Shown here piece by piece: positions 39,541 through 49,702 of a DNA stretch of 64,000 bases. The position numbers were made by a program, and so were the translations under genes. This stretch comes from an uncultured Thermoprotei archaeon. GTDB taxonomy: Archaea; Thermoproteota; Thermoprotei; Thermofilales; B15-G2. The DNA lies in the NCBI GenBank assembly GCA_965367815.1, contig CBDUKN010000004.1, positions 99,952-163,951 on the forward strand, in the 5' to 3' direction. Below the pieces are notes generated by a model, which was not told the origin of the DNA, searched no databases, and was given only the letters and a program-made list of their open reading frames with translations. Position 1 is the first letter of the stretch. The number at the start of each line of letters is the position of its first letter.

Positions 39541-40029
39541 ATGGTGAAAAATATGAGAATGCCTATTGTCGGAATACATGGAATATTTTCTGTTCAGAGA
39601 TTAGTAGACTTCGTGAAAACTGCTATAGCGCTGGGGTGCTCCACAATAGTGGTATCTAAAGCAGTGGGTGCAGCTGCACAAAACGGTGTTCCCGAAGCTC
39701 AGAAAGTAGTATTTAAGAGTGGAAGAAATATGCTTGTAGTCGCAGACTTAGTAGATATTAAAGAACTACTTGACCCTGATAAACTCATTTTAATAACAAC
39801 TGAAAAAAGAGAAGATATACCAGAAGTAGCTTTCGAAGAAATAGTCAACATACTAAGAGAAAATAAGAATATTATCTTGGTGTATCCAGGCTCAGATACA
39901 GGATTTACTAGAGGTGAATTAGAGCTAGGTGAAGCATACAGAATACCGCTGGTGGAGGGAGCACAATTAAGTCCAGTAGCGGCTCTTGCTATAAGTATTT
40001 TCGAGATAAAAAGATTACAACAATGTTAA
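39541..40029 (+). CDS. DUF2122-family (SPOUT-like) protein
   Basis: SVQRLVDF, KAVGAAAQNGVPEA, GSDTGFTRGEL. Confidence 0.75.
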   Translation: MVKNMRMPIVGIHGIFSVQRLVDFVKTAIALGCSTIVVSKAVGAAAQNGVPEAQKVVFKSGRNMLVVADLVDIKELLDPDKLILITTEKREDIPEVAFEEIVNILRENKNIILVYPGSDTGFTRGELELGEAYRIPLVEGAQLSPVAALAISIFEIKRLQQC

Positions 40030-40700
40030 ATCAAACTAGACACTAGTATTCTGAGGTCATCAGTTGTATAGAATATGGTGTCTGAAAGTTCTTCTAGCAT
40101 GTCGACAATATCTTTAACGATTATTGCTGCTCTGCTATCGAGATTACTCTCAACTATCATGAATAAAAGTTCTCTATATTTTTTGTCGAGTTTTCTTTCC
40201 ATATCCTCTATTTTCTCACAGTAGTTAAGAGTGTGGCTAGGTTCTGTATTAACGTTGACAAATGCCTTGTATAGGCTCTGTGACATTTCCTCAAGTATTT
40301 CTGTAAATGATTTCATGTTTTCTCTGATAACTCTCGGGGGCTCCCATTCGCGTATTCTCATTTGTTCGAATCTGTAAGCAACACCCATAATTTTATCTGC
40401 GACACTTGAGATTTTTGAGGCAAGTCTTATCCATTCGTCTTTATAGGATAATGAAACAGCGACTCTGGAGATATACGAGAATATTTCTTTCTTTAATTCT
40501 TCTATATCATTTTTCTCTCTTCTGAGTTTATTTATAACTTCTTCCTCGGACTCGGTTTTGTTGAGCAGTAGTTCGAGTTCTCTGAACATAGAAATTACTT
40601 TATGGGCGGCCTCTGAAAGTAGATCCACTAATTTCTGTTGTGCTAGCGATGAAGGTATAGCTGATATTTCCAAATCTTTTCGGCTCATGACCATTCTCAC
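40026..40700 (-). CDS. DUF47/PhoU-like protein
   Basis: Helical repeats; IEDMERKLDKKYR...LEELSD. Confidence 0.75.
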   Translation of the reverse strand: MRMVMSRKDLEISAIPSSLAQQKLVDLLSEAAHKVISMFRELELLLNKTESEEEVINKLRREKNDIEELKKEIFSYISRVAVSLSYKDEWIRLASKISSVADKIMGVAYRFEQMRIREWEPPRVIRENMKSFTEILEEMSQSLYKAFVNVNTEPSHTLNYCEKIEDMERKLDKKYRELLFMIVESNLDSRAAIIVKDIVDMLEELSDTIFYTTDDLRILVSSLI

Positions 40701-40758
40701 ACCACTATTAAACAGCCTTGAAGAGCTCGTGAATGAAACTAGTAGTCACTTATATAGT

Positions 40759-41034
40759 TCACTGTCTAGCCTTAAGAGGAGCTCGGCAAGTAGCTATCGA
40801 GTTATCAGCTATACCATACTCCCTTAATTCATCCTCATTGCACCATACTTCATTCTCTGGAACGTCTTCGGATACTAGAACTCTAAAATATAGTCTTTTC
40901 TTACCTGCAATAACCACTTCTAATGAATCTTTTATGCCGAGAAATTCCGCAGCCTTAGAATTCATCTTAGCTAAGCCTCTTGAGACATTATCTTTTCTTC
41001 TCAATCTAAGCCTTTTTTCTCTTCGTTCCGACAC
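40759..41034 (-). CDS. small protein, probable stand-alone double-psi beta-barrel (CDC48_N-like)
   Basis: Internal repeat RGLAKMN..AEFLGI / ENEVWCN..LREYGI. Confidence 0.6.
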   Translation of the reverse strand: MSERREKRLRLRRKDNVSRGLAKMNSKAAEFLGIKDSLEVVIAGKKRLYFRVLVSEDVPENEVWCNEDELREYGIADNSIATCRAPLKARQ

Positions 41035-41077
41035 ATCTAGATAATGACCGGATATATTTAAGCTTAAACTCTAACTG

Positions 41078-41683
41078 TTGATGGTAAAAAATATACTTGT
41101 GATACTTAGTAAAAGTTGTATAGGTATGGAGCATAAAGCTTACTTAATTGGACGTAAAGTAGTAGTATTTGACTATGAGTTAGGAAGACAGCTTTACAAA
41201 GAAGGATTTTATGGAAAATTTACATATGTGCCAAAAGTCAAGGATTTAGCTCAGTGCGATGAAATCGAAAGTCCTCTTGAATTATCTTTAGTTGAAGCTC
41301 TCTACTTAATGAAAAGAGGTAGAATTAAGATAGTCACGAGAGAAGGCAAAGAAATAAGCATAAATGAGTTCATAGAGTTAGCACGCAAATATATTGACCT
41401 CTTCGACGAATTATATTCGGTGTACGAAGACCTTCGAAGTAGAGGATATATTGTAAAATCAGGCATGAAATTTGGAGCAACATACGCTGTGTACAAGTAT
41501 GGTCCCGGCATTGACCACGCTCCCTTTTTAGTACAGGTTTCAACAAAAAATACGAAAATGGATCCCATAGAGATTGTTCGAGCAGGAAGATTGTCGCACT
41601 CAGTAAGAAAGAAATTTGTAATTGCAGTAAGAGATGTTACGTCAGGTAAAATAAAATATTACGCTTTTAAGTGGTTCGGATGA
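41078..41683 (+). CDS. endA: tRNA splicing endonuclease, catalytic (alpha) subunit
   Basis: GFYGK loop, KFGATYAVY, GPGIDHAPF, GRLSHSVRK. Confidence 0.93.
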   Translation: MMVKNILVILSKSCIGMEHKAYLIGRKVVVFDYELGRQLYKEGFYGKFTYVPKVKDLAQCDEIESPLELSLVEALYLMKRGRIKIVTREGKEISINEFIELARKYIDLFDELYSVYEDLRSRGYIVKSGMKFGATYAVYKYGPGIDHAPFLVQVSTKNTKMDPIEIVRAGRLSHSVRKKFVIAVRDVTSGKIKYYAFKWFG

Positions 41684-43689
41684 CCAAGAAATTATTAATA
41701 ATAATCATTATTTTATCACTAACATTACCTATTCAAGTAAGTAAAGTTAAAGGAGAACAAAACACTTATACTCTTCAAGTAATAATAAACGACTATTTTA
41801 ACGAAAGCCTAGCAGGATATCCTCTTGATGTGGTTCTAAAAAGCAATATAACAGAAATAAAGTTGCAAAAGGTCACTACTGGGCAAGTAATATTTAATAA
41901 TTTATCTGAAGGAATCTATATACTTACAGTATATTCTAGAGCTCCTATAAGCAACAAGGTAGTATACAATGGTACGATAACAATTACTGGTAATTTAACA
42001 ACATACATTAAATGTAAAGTGATGAGAGTGAAGATAGTAGTAAAGACTATTGATAATGTAGTCTTATCGAGCTATGCATTAGAAATAAATAATCATATAT
42101 ATGGTAATGATAATATAATATTACCTATAAATGAAACATATAAAATAAAAGTTTATTATAATAATAAAGAAATACCACTACTAATGGACACAATAAAGGT
42201 TACACCTAACAATAAAATTTACTACTTAACATGTAATGCTAGACTAAAAACAGTATTCAAGTTTAATTACTACGATGGGTCTTCAATACCGGAATCTACT
42301 TTAGAAACTATTTCGGTAACTATTTTATATGATGGAGAAGAACTTCCTTTAATCTACAATAGTTCTAGCGGTAAATTCTACTTAAATAATTTAATTATTC
42401 TCGGTAAATATGACATTAAAATATTCTATAGGGGAGAGTATTTAGGTACTTTTAGTGTCGAGGTATCTTCCGCAGATTTAATTACTTTAAATATTCCTCT
42501 ATTAAAGGAAGTCGAAATAAAGATAAGTGATAGTCAGGGAAAAGGTATTCCTTATGCCCATATTAAAATAGAATGGGCGAATAAAGTAATATGGGAAGGA
42601 GTAACTGATTCTTTAGGAAAAATTACTTTCAATAACATACCTAAAGGCAAGGAGTTGAAAGTAACTATTAAGGTAGGCGACAGAGAATATATTTTCTGGA
42701 AATCATTCAATACTTTTCAAGAAAAGATTTTTATAAATCTATTTTCGCTTAAGCTGACTTTCACAACACCTGAAAAAACAAAAATACCTCCCGGCTCAAA
42801 AGTCGTAATAAAATACAATGGAAAAACACTCTTCTGCTACGAATATACCTCAGGTTACTTAGTTCTAGATTATTTACCTCCTGGAGTATATGAAGTAGCA
42901 GTCTACTGGAGAAATACTCTAGTTGCATACGATAAAATAACCTTAAATACTAATATAGAGAAAAATATAGTATGTAAAATATATAATTTAACAATTATTG
43001 TAAAAAACATCCCAGATAAATATCTTAATAGAATAAAAATAAAAATAAGTGAAGATAATGATGTATATCAAGAAATAGTGCCTTCACAGAGAGTAGTGTT
43101 CTTGCCTTGGCTTCCTTATGGAAAGTATAATATCAGTATAGTTTACTTAGGAAACTTTTCTAAGGTTCCTCTTATAAATGAAAGTATTTTACTCCAGTCT
43201 ACTCAAGTAGTTTCCTTTATCTTACCAGTTTCATCTTTAGCTATAAGTGCGGTCAACTATTGGGGAGAAAAATTAAGTAAAGTAAATGTAGTTGTTTTAG
43301 TTACCTACAATGGATCACTAGTAGATAAGTACAATTTAACATCAGTTTTTCTTCCAATCTACTTAGATATTGTGCCGAGAGTAAAAGGTGTTGCATTAAA
43401 CATTACAGTAATGTATAAGAGATTCAAAAAGAGTACATTGGTTGATACAGTAAGCATTAAATCTGATGAAATAACTATGAGAATGAATGAAGTGTTTGTA
43501 GAAATCCTGGGATATCCTTTGACTTTAATTGAAACCGTTTTCTTAATAATTGGTGTGTTAGTCCTCATTGCTGGAATATGCTGGTTTATTTATAACTACT
43601 ACTATTTGGGCGAATATGAAGAAGTAGAACTGATTGAAGAAGAGGAGGAATCTTACGAGGAGGAAGAGGAAAGTGAGTATGAATATTAA
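41671..43689 (+). CDS. secreted, membrane-anchored Ig-like repeat protein with acidic cytoplasmic tail
   Basis: Signal peptide, repeated G-x-Y-x-I-x-V-Y strands, N-x-S/T sequons, TM, poly-Glu tail. Confidence 0.75.
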   Translation: MVRMTKKLLIIIIILSLTLPIQVSKVKGEQNTYTLQVIINDYFNESLAGYPLDVVLKSNITEIKLQKVTTGQVIFNNLSEGIYILTVYSRAPISNKVVYNGTITITGNLTTYIKCKVMRVKIVVKTIDNVVLSSYALEINNHIYGNDNIILPINETYKIKVYYNNKEIPLLMDTIKVTPNNKIYYLTCNARLKTVFKFNYYDGSSIPESTLETISVTILYDGEELPLIYNSSSGKFYLNNLIILGKYDIKIFYRGEYLGTFSVEVSSADLITLNIPLLKEVEIKISDSQGKGIPYAHIKIEWANKVIWEGVTDSLGKITFNNIPKGKELKVTIKVGDREYIFWKSFNTFQEKIFINLFSLKLTFTTPEKTKIPPGSKVVIKYNGKTLFCYEYTSGYLVLDYLPPGVYEVAVYWRNTLVAYDKITLNTNIEKNIVCKIYNLTIIVKNIPDKYLNRIKIKISEDNDVYQEIVPSQRVVFLPWLPYGKYNISIVYLGNFSKVPLINESILLQSTQVVSFILPVSSLAISAVNYWGEKLSKVNVVVLVTYNGSLVDKYNLTSVFLPIYLDIVPRVKGVALNITVMYKRFKKSTLVDTVSIKSDEITMRMNEVFVEILGYPLTLIETVFLIIGVLVLIAGICWFIYNYYYLGEYEEVELIEEEEESYEEEEESEYEY

Positions 43690-44452
43690 AGTCATCGATG
43701 TTCACTGCCACTTAACTCATTGTGCATTTAAGGAAGATCTAGATAGAGTTATTTATCGTGCTCAATTAGCAGGAATAGAGTGCTTAATTACATCTACATT
43801 GAGATTAAGTGAAATAAAGTGCGCATTAGAAATAAAGTCAACGTATTCGAACAAAGTTTATCTTTCTATAGGATGCAGTCCTACTCTATTTGACTTTAAG
43901 GAAATTGAAAATATAAGAAAATTTATTGAAAAAAATGTGAATGAGATTGTCGGAATAGGTGAAGTTGGATTAGATTATAGTGTAGTTAAAGACAATATCT
44001 TAAGAAGTGTTCAAGTGGAGAACTTTTCTTCGTGGATAACTTTAGCTCAGAAATTAAACTTACCTATAATAGTTCACGTCCGGAAAGCCGAGAAAATTAT
44101 CCTCCAGCTAATTAAAGAATATAATAATGTAGAAGTTCCTGTCATACTCCACGCGTATAGCGGACCCCTAACATTAGCGAGGGAGTTTATGAAACTTAAA
44201 AACGTTTACTTTTCAATACCTCCTTCCGTGTGCAAATCTACTTTGAAACAGAAATTAGTTGAAATTCTTCCACTAGAAAAAATTTTGCTTGAATCAGATG
44301 CTCCTTATCTGCATCCGTTTTCGTTCGAAAGAAATGAACCGTCGTTCATTATGCATTCATTAGTAAAAATCGCTAAGATAAAAAATGTGTCTATAGAGGA
44401 AGTAGCTTCAATTTCATATAAAACCTCTAAGAAGATATTCGGGCTAGAGTAA
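43679..44452 (+). CDS. TatD-family nuclease
   Basis: DVHCH, GEVGLD, IVHVR, LHAY, LLESDAP. Confidence 0.9.
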   Translation: MNIKVIDVHCHLTHCAFKEDLDRVIYRAQLAGIECLITSTLRLSEIKCALEIKSTYSNKVYLSIGCSPTLFDFKEIENIRKFIEKNVNEIVGIGEVGLDYSVVKDNILRSVQVENFSSWITLAQKLNLPIIVHVRKAEKIILQLIKEYNNVEVPVILHAYSGPLTLAREFMKLKNVYFSIPPSVCKSTLKQKLVEILPLEKILLESDAPYLHPFSFERNEPSFIMHSLVKIAKIKNVSIEEVASISYKTSKKIFGLE

Positions 44453-44482
44453 AATTATTTCTATGCAGTTTCGTGAATAATA

Positions 44483-45478
44483 GTGACTAAAATGACGATA
44501 GAAGCTATTGCTCCGGGTAAAGTTATAATAGCTGGTGAACATTTTGTAGTAGAAAATGAGCCTGGAATAGCTGCAGCCATTTCTCTCTATGCTAAAGTAA
44601 AGTTAGAGCCGAGGTCTGAAAAAGAGGTTATTGAATTGTATTCAGTGAATTATAATGTTTTAAATAAAATAAAAATAAGTGAAATAAATAAGGAGCGTAT
44701 CGAATGCGATGCAATTTTTTATCCCTTCATTCGAGTAATGCAAATAGTACTCGAGGAGTACGGTAAGTTGCCTTCATGTAAAATCGAAATATCTTCTCAG
44801 ATACCTCCTAAAGCAGGATTAGGTTCCTCAGCTGCGACAGCGGTAGCTTTTTCCGCCGCGCTACTTAAAGCGATAGGAGCTGAAGTAGACTTAGATGAAG
44901 TATCTGAACTGGCCTATGAAGCAGAGAAAATTTCTCATGGCAAGCCAAGTGGAATAGACAATACTGTTTCTACGTACGGGGGAGTAATAGTATTTAAAAA
45001 AAGTGAAGGTTTTGTGAAATTGGATGAAGTGAAATACGATGAATTTAAACTAGTTTTAGCAGATACGGGCAGCCGTGAATCTACAAAAAAACTTGTAGAA
45101 AAAGTAAGGAGGCTGAAAAATGAATACGACGAAGTCTTTATGCCCTTTTATCATGCAGCAGGGCACCTCACAATAGAGCTCGCTAAAAAGCTGTCAGAAG
45201 GCGACTTAGTCGCTGTTGGAGAACTGATGAATGTTGCTCACGGTATGTTGTACTCGCTTGGATTATCGACGGAAACTGTAGAAAAACTAGTTTTTACTGC
45301 AAGAAAAGCAGGGGCTCTAGGAGCTAAAATTACTGGTGCAGGTGGAGGAGGCATGATAATTGCGCTTACTACTCCTGAATTGGCTGAAAAGGTAAGCAGT
45401 AAGTTACTTAATGCTGGCGCGGCTTGGGTAAAAATAGTTAATGTCATAGAAGAGGGTGTTGCCGTAGATGAAATTTAG
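44483..45478 (+). CDS. mvk: mevalonate kinase
   Basis: APGKVIIAGEH, GLGSSAA, HGKPSGID, KITGAGGGG. Confidence 0.93.
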   Translation: MTKMTIEAIAPGKVIIAGEHFVVENEPGIAAAISLYAKVKLEPRSEKEVIELYSVNYNVLNKIKISEINKERIECDAIFYPFIRVMQIVLEEYGKLPSCKIEISSQIPPKAGLGSSAATAVAFSAALLKAIGAEVDLDEVSELAYEAEKISHGKPSGIDNTVSTYGGVIVFKKSEGFVKLDEVKYDEFKLVLADTGSRESTKKLVEKVRRLKNEYDEVFMPFYHAAGHLTIELAKKLSEGDLVAVGELMNVAHGMLYSLGLSTETVEKLVFTARKAGALGAKITGAGGGGMIIALTTPELAEKVSSKLLNAGAAWVKIVNVIEEGVAVDEI

Positions 45479-46838
45479 AAAGTTTCCCCTACTAATGCTG
45501 TTAACAATAGTGTTATCTAGCTTATTAATTATCGTAAACTCCGTTAGTTTACCCGAGAACAATAACGAGATTTTAAAAGCAAAACTAGTACTGTGTAGCA
45601 GATATACCATGAGTAGAGGCGAGGTAGTACCTCTAGATACACGCGAAGACTTTATAATTTCTGAAAGAGATTTCATAGCGATAATAGTATTTTATAATAT
45701 TTCTGAGAAAATAGCAATAAATGTAAAATGTTTTGCTCCGACTAATAAAAAAATCTTTGAAATATCTTTCACAGTAAATCCTTTAGTAAACTTCTCTGTA
45801 AATAGAGTACCTAAATTCTATATAGTTATGACTGTTCCTTTGAGCGAAGGAGAATACATAGATGTTTTTTGTAAAGCGTTTGCTTTCATGCCAATAATTA
45901 AAAGTCAGCCATTTCGCTTAGATACAATCTATAAAATAGGACTGTGGCGAATCGATATTAGTGCTAATGGTAAGCTACTTATATCAAGAAATTTCACTGT
46001 AAGAAAGCCTCTAGTTAAGATAATTACAACTGATATAAACAATAATATATTAAATAATACACTAATAACAATATTGGGATTATCGAGTGGTTTTCAGAAA
46101 ACGTTTAAAGGTCCAATAGCTACACTAGAAGTTATGCCTGCAAGCTATATAGCAATAGTTAAGTATATGGGCATAATTGTTGCTAATAAAACAATAGATG
46201 TTACAACCGATACAATAATAAGAATACCATGTCAAGTATTTGATGTAAAAATAAAGGTTTTAGATGATGAAGGGGGATGTCCTGTATCTAATGCTGTGGT
46301 CTCGATAACTATTTTAAATAGAGTGATATCTAATACTACATCTTCAAATGGCATTACAGTGTTAAGTAAAATACCATTGGGAAAACATATAATAAAAATA
46401 TACTTAAATAAAAGTGTTATATATAGCGATATTATCGAAGTTAGCAAATGGTCTTATGAGTTTAAGCTGTTAACAAAGACTGCTGTTGTTCAGCTGTCAA
46501 TTAAGGGGACTAGTGGGCAACCTTTAAGAGGAGCTAAAATATACTGTTTGAATTTATCTAAAGTATTTTTATCTGACGAAAATGGAACTGTTGTATTTGG
46601 TCCAGTTCCTTACGGCAGATATATCTTTAAAATAGTTTACAAGGATATAAAGAGGCTAATAGCGATTAATGTTCCACCGAAATATCATAAAATAGTACTT
46701 GATGTGTTTGTTGAAGTTAACGGAATAACATTCTCTAAAGAAATGTTTTATGCGCTTCTTCTAGGATCTCTAAGCGTAATTGCAATGGTTATTTCAGTAG
46801 TTTTTGTTAAAAGAACATTTTTTAAGCAACAGAAGTAG
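45468..46838 (+). CDS. secreted, membrane-anchored protein with carboxypeptidase-regulatory-like repeats
   Basis: Signal peptide, PVSNAVV/PLRGAKI...SDENG repeats, C-terminal TM. Confidence 0.72.
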   Translation: MKFRKFPLLMLLTIVLSSLLIIVNSVSLPENNNEILKAKLVLCSRYTMSRGEVVPLDTREDFIISERDFIAIIVFYNISEKIAINVKCFAPTNKKIFEISFTVNPLVNFSVNRVPKFYIVMTVPLSEGEYIDVFCKAFAFMPIIKSQPFRLDTIYKIGLWRIDISANGKLLISRNFTVRKPLVKIITTDINNNILNNTLITILGLSSGFQKTFKGPIATLEVMPASYIAIVKYMGIIVANKTIDVTTDTIIRIPCQVFDVKIKVLDDEGGCPVSNAVVSITILNRVISNTTSSNGITVLSKIPLGKHIIKIYLNKSVIYSDIIEVSKWSYEFKLLTKTAVVQLSIKGTSGQPLRGAKIYCLNLSKVFLSDENGTVVFGPVPYGRYIFKIVYKDIKRLIAINVPPKYHKIVLDVFVEVNGITFSKEMFYALLLGSLSVIAMVISVVFVKRTFFKQQK

Positions 46839-46843
46839 GGTAG

Positions 46844-47299
46844 CTAGGATACTCTAGTATATCGAGACCACAGGTGTATGTAGAACTTGGCGACTTCCCT
46901 TATATTCTTAGCTTTATTTACTCCGAGACATAGGCTGTCTACATATACATAAAGTATTTCATCGCCGTATTCGAATTCTGCTTCACTTGCTCTGCCATAA
47001 GTAGGTGTTTTGCTTACGTAAAATGGGTAAAGTCTACATACAGTTGGTCTATCATAATATATTTTGCAATACGCTATGGGGCCTATGTACGTTAAGAAGG
47101 GGCATTTACCATCAATACGCGGCATTAAATAGTATTTGTTATCTATTTTTATAATCGGGGCACTGTATTTTAGTGAAAGCATTAAGGCTTCACTATAAGA
47201 TACTGAAACTAGGTATTCTCTGCAGCATCGTCCGCATCTTACACATTTCCAGCCAGATACTTTTCTCCAAGGGACATAATTGTGTCCTTTATGTTCCAC
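46844..47299 (-). CDS. YkgJ-family CxxCxxCC protein
   Basis: CVRCGRCC...CPFL...CKIY..RP.VCRLYPF. Confidence 0.88.
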   Translation of the reverse strand: MEHKGHNYVPWRKVSGWKCVRCGRCCREYLVSVSYSEALMLSLKYSAPIIKIDNKYYLMPRIDGKCPFLTYIGPIAYCKIYYDRPTVCRLYPFYVSKTPTYGRASEAEFEYGDEILYVYVDSLCLGVNKAKNIREVAKFYIHLWSRYTRVS

Positions 47300-47353
47300 T
47301 GCGTGAGAGATATTAAAAACCGATTTATATGTCTTACAACTAACTTTGATTAA

Positions 47354-47401
47354 GTGATGAAGGTCTCCTCTCAGATAGATGAAGAAAAGGAGGTGAACTG
47401 A
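47354..47401 (+). ncRNA. box C/D sRNA
   Basis: GTGATGA-aggtctcctct-CAGA-tag-ATGAAGA-aaaggaggtgaa-CTGA; TTTATAT ~30 nt upstream. Confidence 0.82.
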
Positions 47402-47427
47402 TTTAATTAATTAGAGTTTTTAAAGTG

Positions 47428-48243
47428 TTAAAGAAATGCCGTCTCGAGGACCTTTTCGCAATTGCAGTGTCTTTCTTCAGGAACCTTGGGTAAGACCTCG
47501 TAGAGTAGTTTCTTAGCGTTTTCTATGTTCTTTTTCATTACTTCAACTACCATTTTAGCATCTACTACGTGACCAAACCATATGTCGTAGTCAGTTACTA
47601 GTGCTATTGTAGCATAGCACATTCCTAATTCTCTAGCTAGGTTTATTTCAGGTACTAGTGTCATTCCGATGATATCGCATTTGAATACTTCTTTCCATAT
47701 CCATGATTCAGCCTTAGTGGAGAACCTGGGGCCCTCAATGCATATGTACGTGCCCTTTGGATGTATTTTAATACCTAGTTTTTCTCCTTCAGACTTTATT
47801 AGTTCTCTGAGCTCGGGGCAGAAGGGTTCAAGTCCTATCTGAATGTGAGCTACTCTTGGACCATCGTAAAATGAGTATACTCTGGTTTTAGTCATATCGA
47901 CAAATTGGTCAGGTAGAACGAAGTCTCCAGGCTCATAGTCTTTTCTTAAACTTCCGCATGCAGAAACCGCTATTATTCTTTTTACACCTAGGGAGTGAAG
48001 TGCCCATACGTTAGCTCTGTAGTTTATTTTATGTGGAGGGATCTTGTGCCCCCTTCCATGTCTAGGGAGAAACGCTATCCATCTGTCCTTAATTCTTCCC
48101 AAGACAATATTGTCTGAAGGAGGTCCGTATGGGGTATGCACTTTAATTTCTTTTGTTTCCTCGAAGAATTCAGGGTCATAAAGCCCTGATCCACCTATAA
48201 CTCCTATAAACGGTTTTTCTGAGGCCGACACAGTATCCACCAC
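47428..48243 (-). CDS. mtnP: S-methyl-5'-thioadenosine phosphorylase
   Basis: [30 protein letters not shown]. Confidence 0.95.
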   Translation of the reverse strand: MVDTVSASEKPFIGVIGGSGLYDPEFFEETKEIKVHTPYGPPSDNIVLGRIKDRWIAFLPRHGRGHKIPPHKINYRANVWALHSLGVKRIIAVSACGSLRKDYEPGDFVLPDQFVDMTKTRVYSFYDGPRVAHIQIGLEPFCPELRELIKSEGEKLGIKIHPKGTYICIEGPRFSTKAESWIWKEVFKCDIIGMTLVPEINLARELGMCYATIALVTDYDIWFGHVVDAKMVVEVMKKNIENAKKLLYEVLPKVPEERHCNCEKVLETAFL

Positions 48244-48319
48244 TACATATTTCCGAGCGGGTGTTTTAAATATTTAGGAACCTATTTATCGAAGAACTAT
48301 TTCTTTAAAGTGATAAGCT

Positions 48320-49636
48320 ATGGAGAAGTATTTAGTAAAAGACATTGGATTATGGAAAAAAGGAGAGGAACTTATATACTGGGCAGAAAGACACATGCCT
48401 GTTTTAATGAAAATTAGAGAGCGCTTTGCTAAGGAAAAGCCTTTAAAGGGATTGAAGATAAGTGCATCCTTGCATGTTACAAAAGAAACAGCTGTTTTAG
48501 TGAGAACTCTTGTAGCAGGAGGCGCCGAAGTGTATCTAGCTCCATGTAATCCTTTATCTACTCAAGACGAAGTTGCTGCTGCACTAGCTAATGAAGGAAT
48601 ACATGTTTATGCGTGGAGAGGAATGAACTTTGAAGAATACTATAGCGCAATAGGTAAAGTTATGGGAATTAAACCTAATATAACTATGGATGATGGAGCA
48701 GACTTAGTTACAACAATTCACAAAATTTACTGGAATACTAAGGATAAAGATGCTGAAATAGCCTTTAAGGCAAGCGGGAATGTGGACGCAAAGTCTCTTG
48801 TAAAGAAAATTAAAGGAGGTACAGAGGAGACTACAACTGGAGTAAATAGGCTTAAAGCCATGGAAAGAGAAGGAGTTTTACTCTATCCAATAATAGCGGT
48901 TAACGAATCTTACACGAAGTATCTTTTCGATAATAGATACGGTACAGGACAAAGCACTCTTGACGGCATAATAAGGGCGACTAATGTCCTTATAGCTGGG
49001 AAAACAGTAGTTGTCTGCGGCTACGGCTGGTGTGGAAGAGGTATAGCGAGAAGAGCTAGAGGACTCGGAGCCCACGTGGTAGTCACTGAAGTAGATCCAA
49101 TTAAGGCTCTAGAAGCTGTTTTCGACGGTTTTACAGTAATGCCTCTCGAGAAAGCAGCTGAAATAGGCGACATATTCATTACAGCTACAGGCAATATCAA
49201 CGTGATTAGAGGCGAACACATTATCAAAATGAAAGACGGAGCTATTCTAGCTAACGCAGGCCACTTTAATGTCGAGATCTCTCTCAAAGACCTAGAAGAG
49301 CTCTCTGTGAGGAGAAGAAGAATAAGAAACTATATTGAAGAATATGAGCTCAAGAACGGAAGAAAAGTCTACTTGCTCTGTGAGGGGCGATTAGTTAATC
49401 TAGTAGCTGCCGAGGGGCACCCAAGCGAAGTCATGGATATGAGTTTCTCTAATCAAGCTCTGGCAGTCGAGTATATAGTAAAAAATGAAGGCAAGCTCGA
49501 ACCGAGAGTATATAAGATACCAGATGAGTTAGACGTTAAGGTAGCTGAACTAAAACTAGAATCCATGGGTATAGAAATAGACAAGCTGACAGAAGAACAA
49601 GAAAGATATTTAAGTTCCTGGAAAGCTGGAACCTAA
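48320..49636 (+). CDS. ahcY: adenosylhomocysteinase
   Basis: [37 protein letters not shown]. Confidence 0.97.
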   Translation: MEKYLVKDIGLWKKGEELIYWAERHMPVLMKIRERFAKEKPLKGLKISASLHVTKETAVLVRTLVAGGAEVYLAPCNPLSTQDEVAAALANEGIHVYAWRGMNFEEYYSAIGKVMGIKPNITMDDGADLVTTIHKIYWNTKDKDAEIAFKASGNVDAKSLVKKIKGGTEETTTGVNRLKAMEREGVLLYPIIAVNESYTKYLFDNRYGTGQSTLDGIIRATNVLIAGKTVVVCGYGWCGRGIARRARGLGAHVVVTEVDPIKALEAVFDGFTVMPLEKAAEIGDIFITATGNINVIRGEHIIKMKDGAILANAGHFNVEISLKDLEELSVRRRRIRNYIEEYELKNGRKVYLLCEGRLVNLVAAEGHPSEVMDMSFSNQALAVEYIVKNEGKLEPRVYKIPDELDVKVAELKLESMGIEIDKLTEEQERYLSSWKAGT

Positions 49637-49702
49637 TTACTGTCAGTAATATATAGAAAAATTTAAATGCAAAATAATGACCTTTCTTGAGGGGAGAAGA
49701 AC

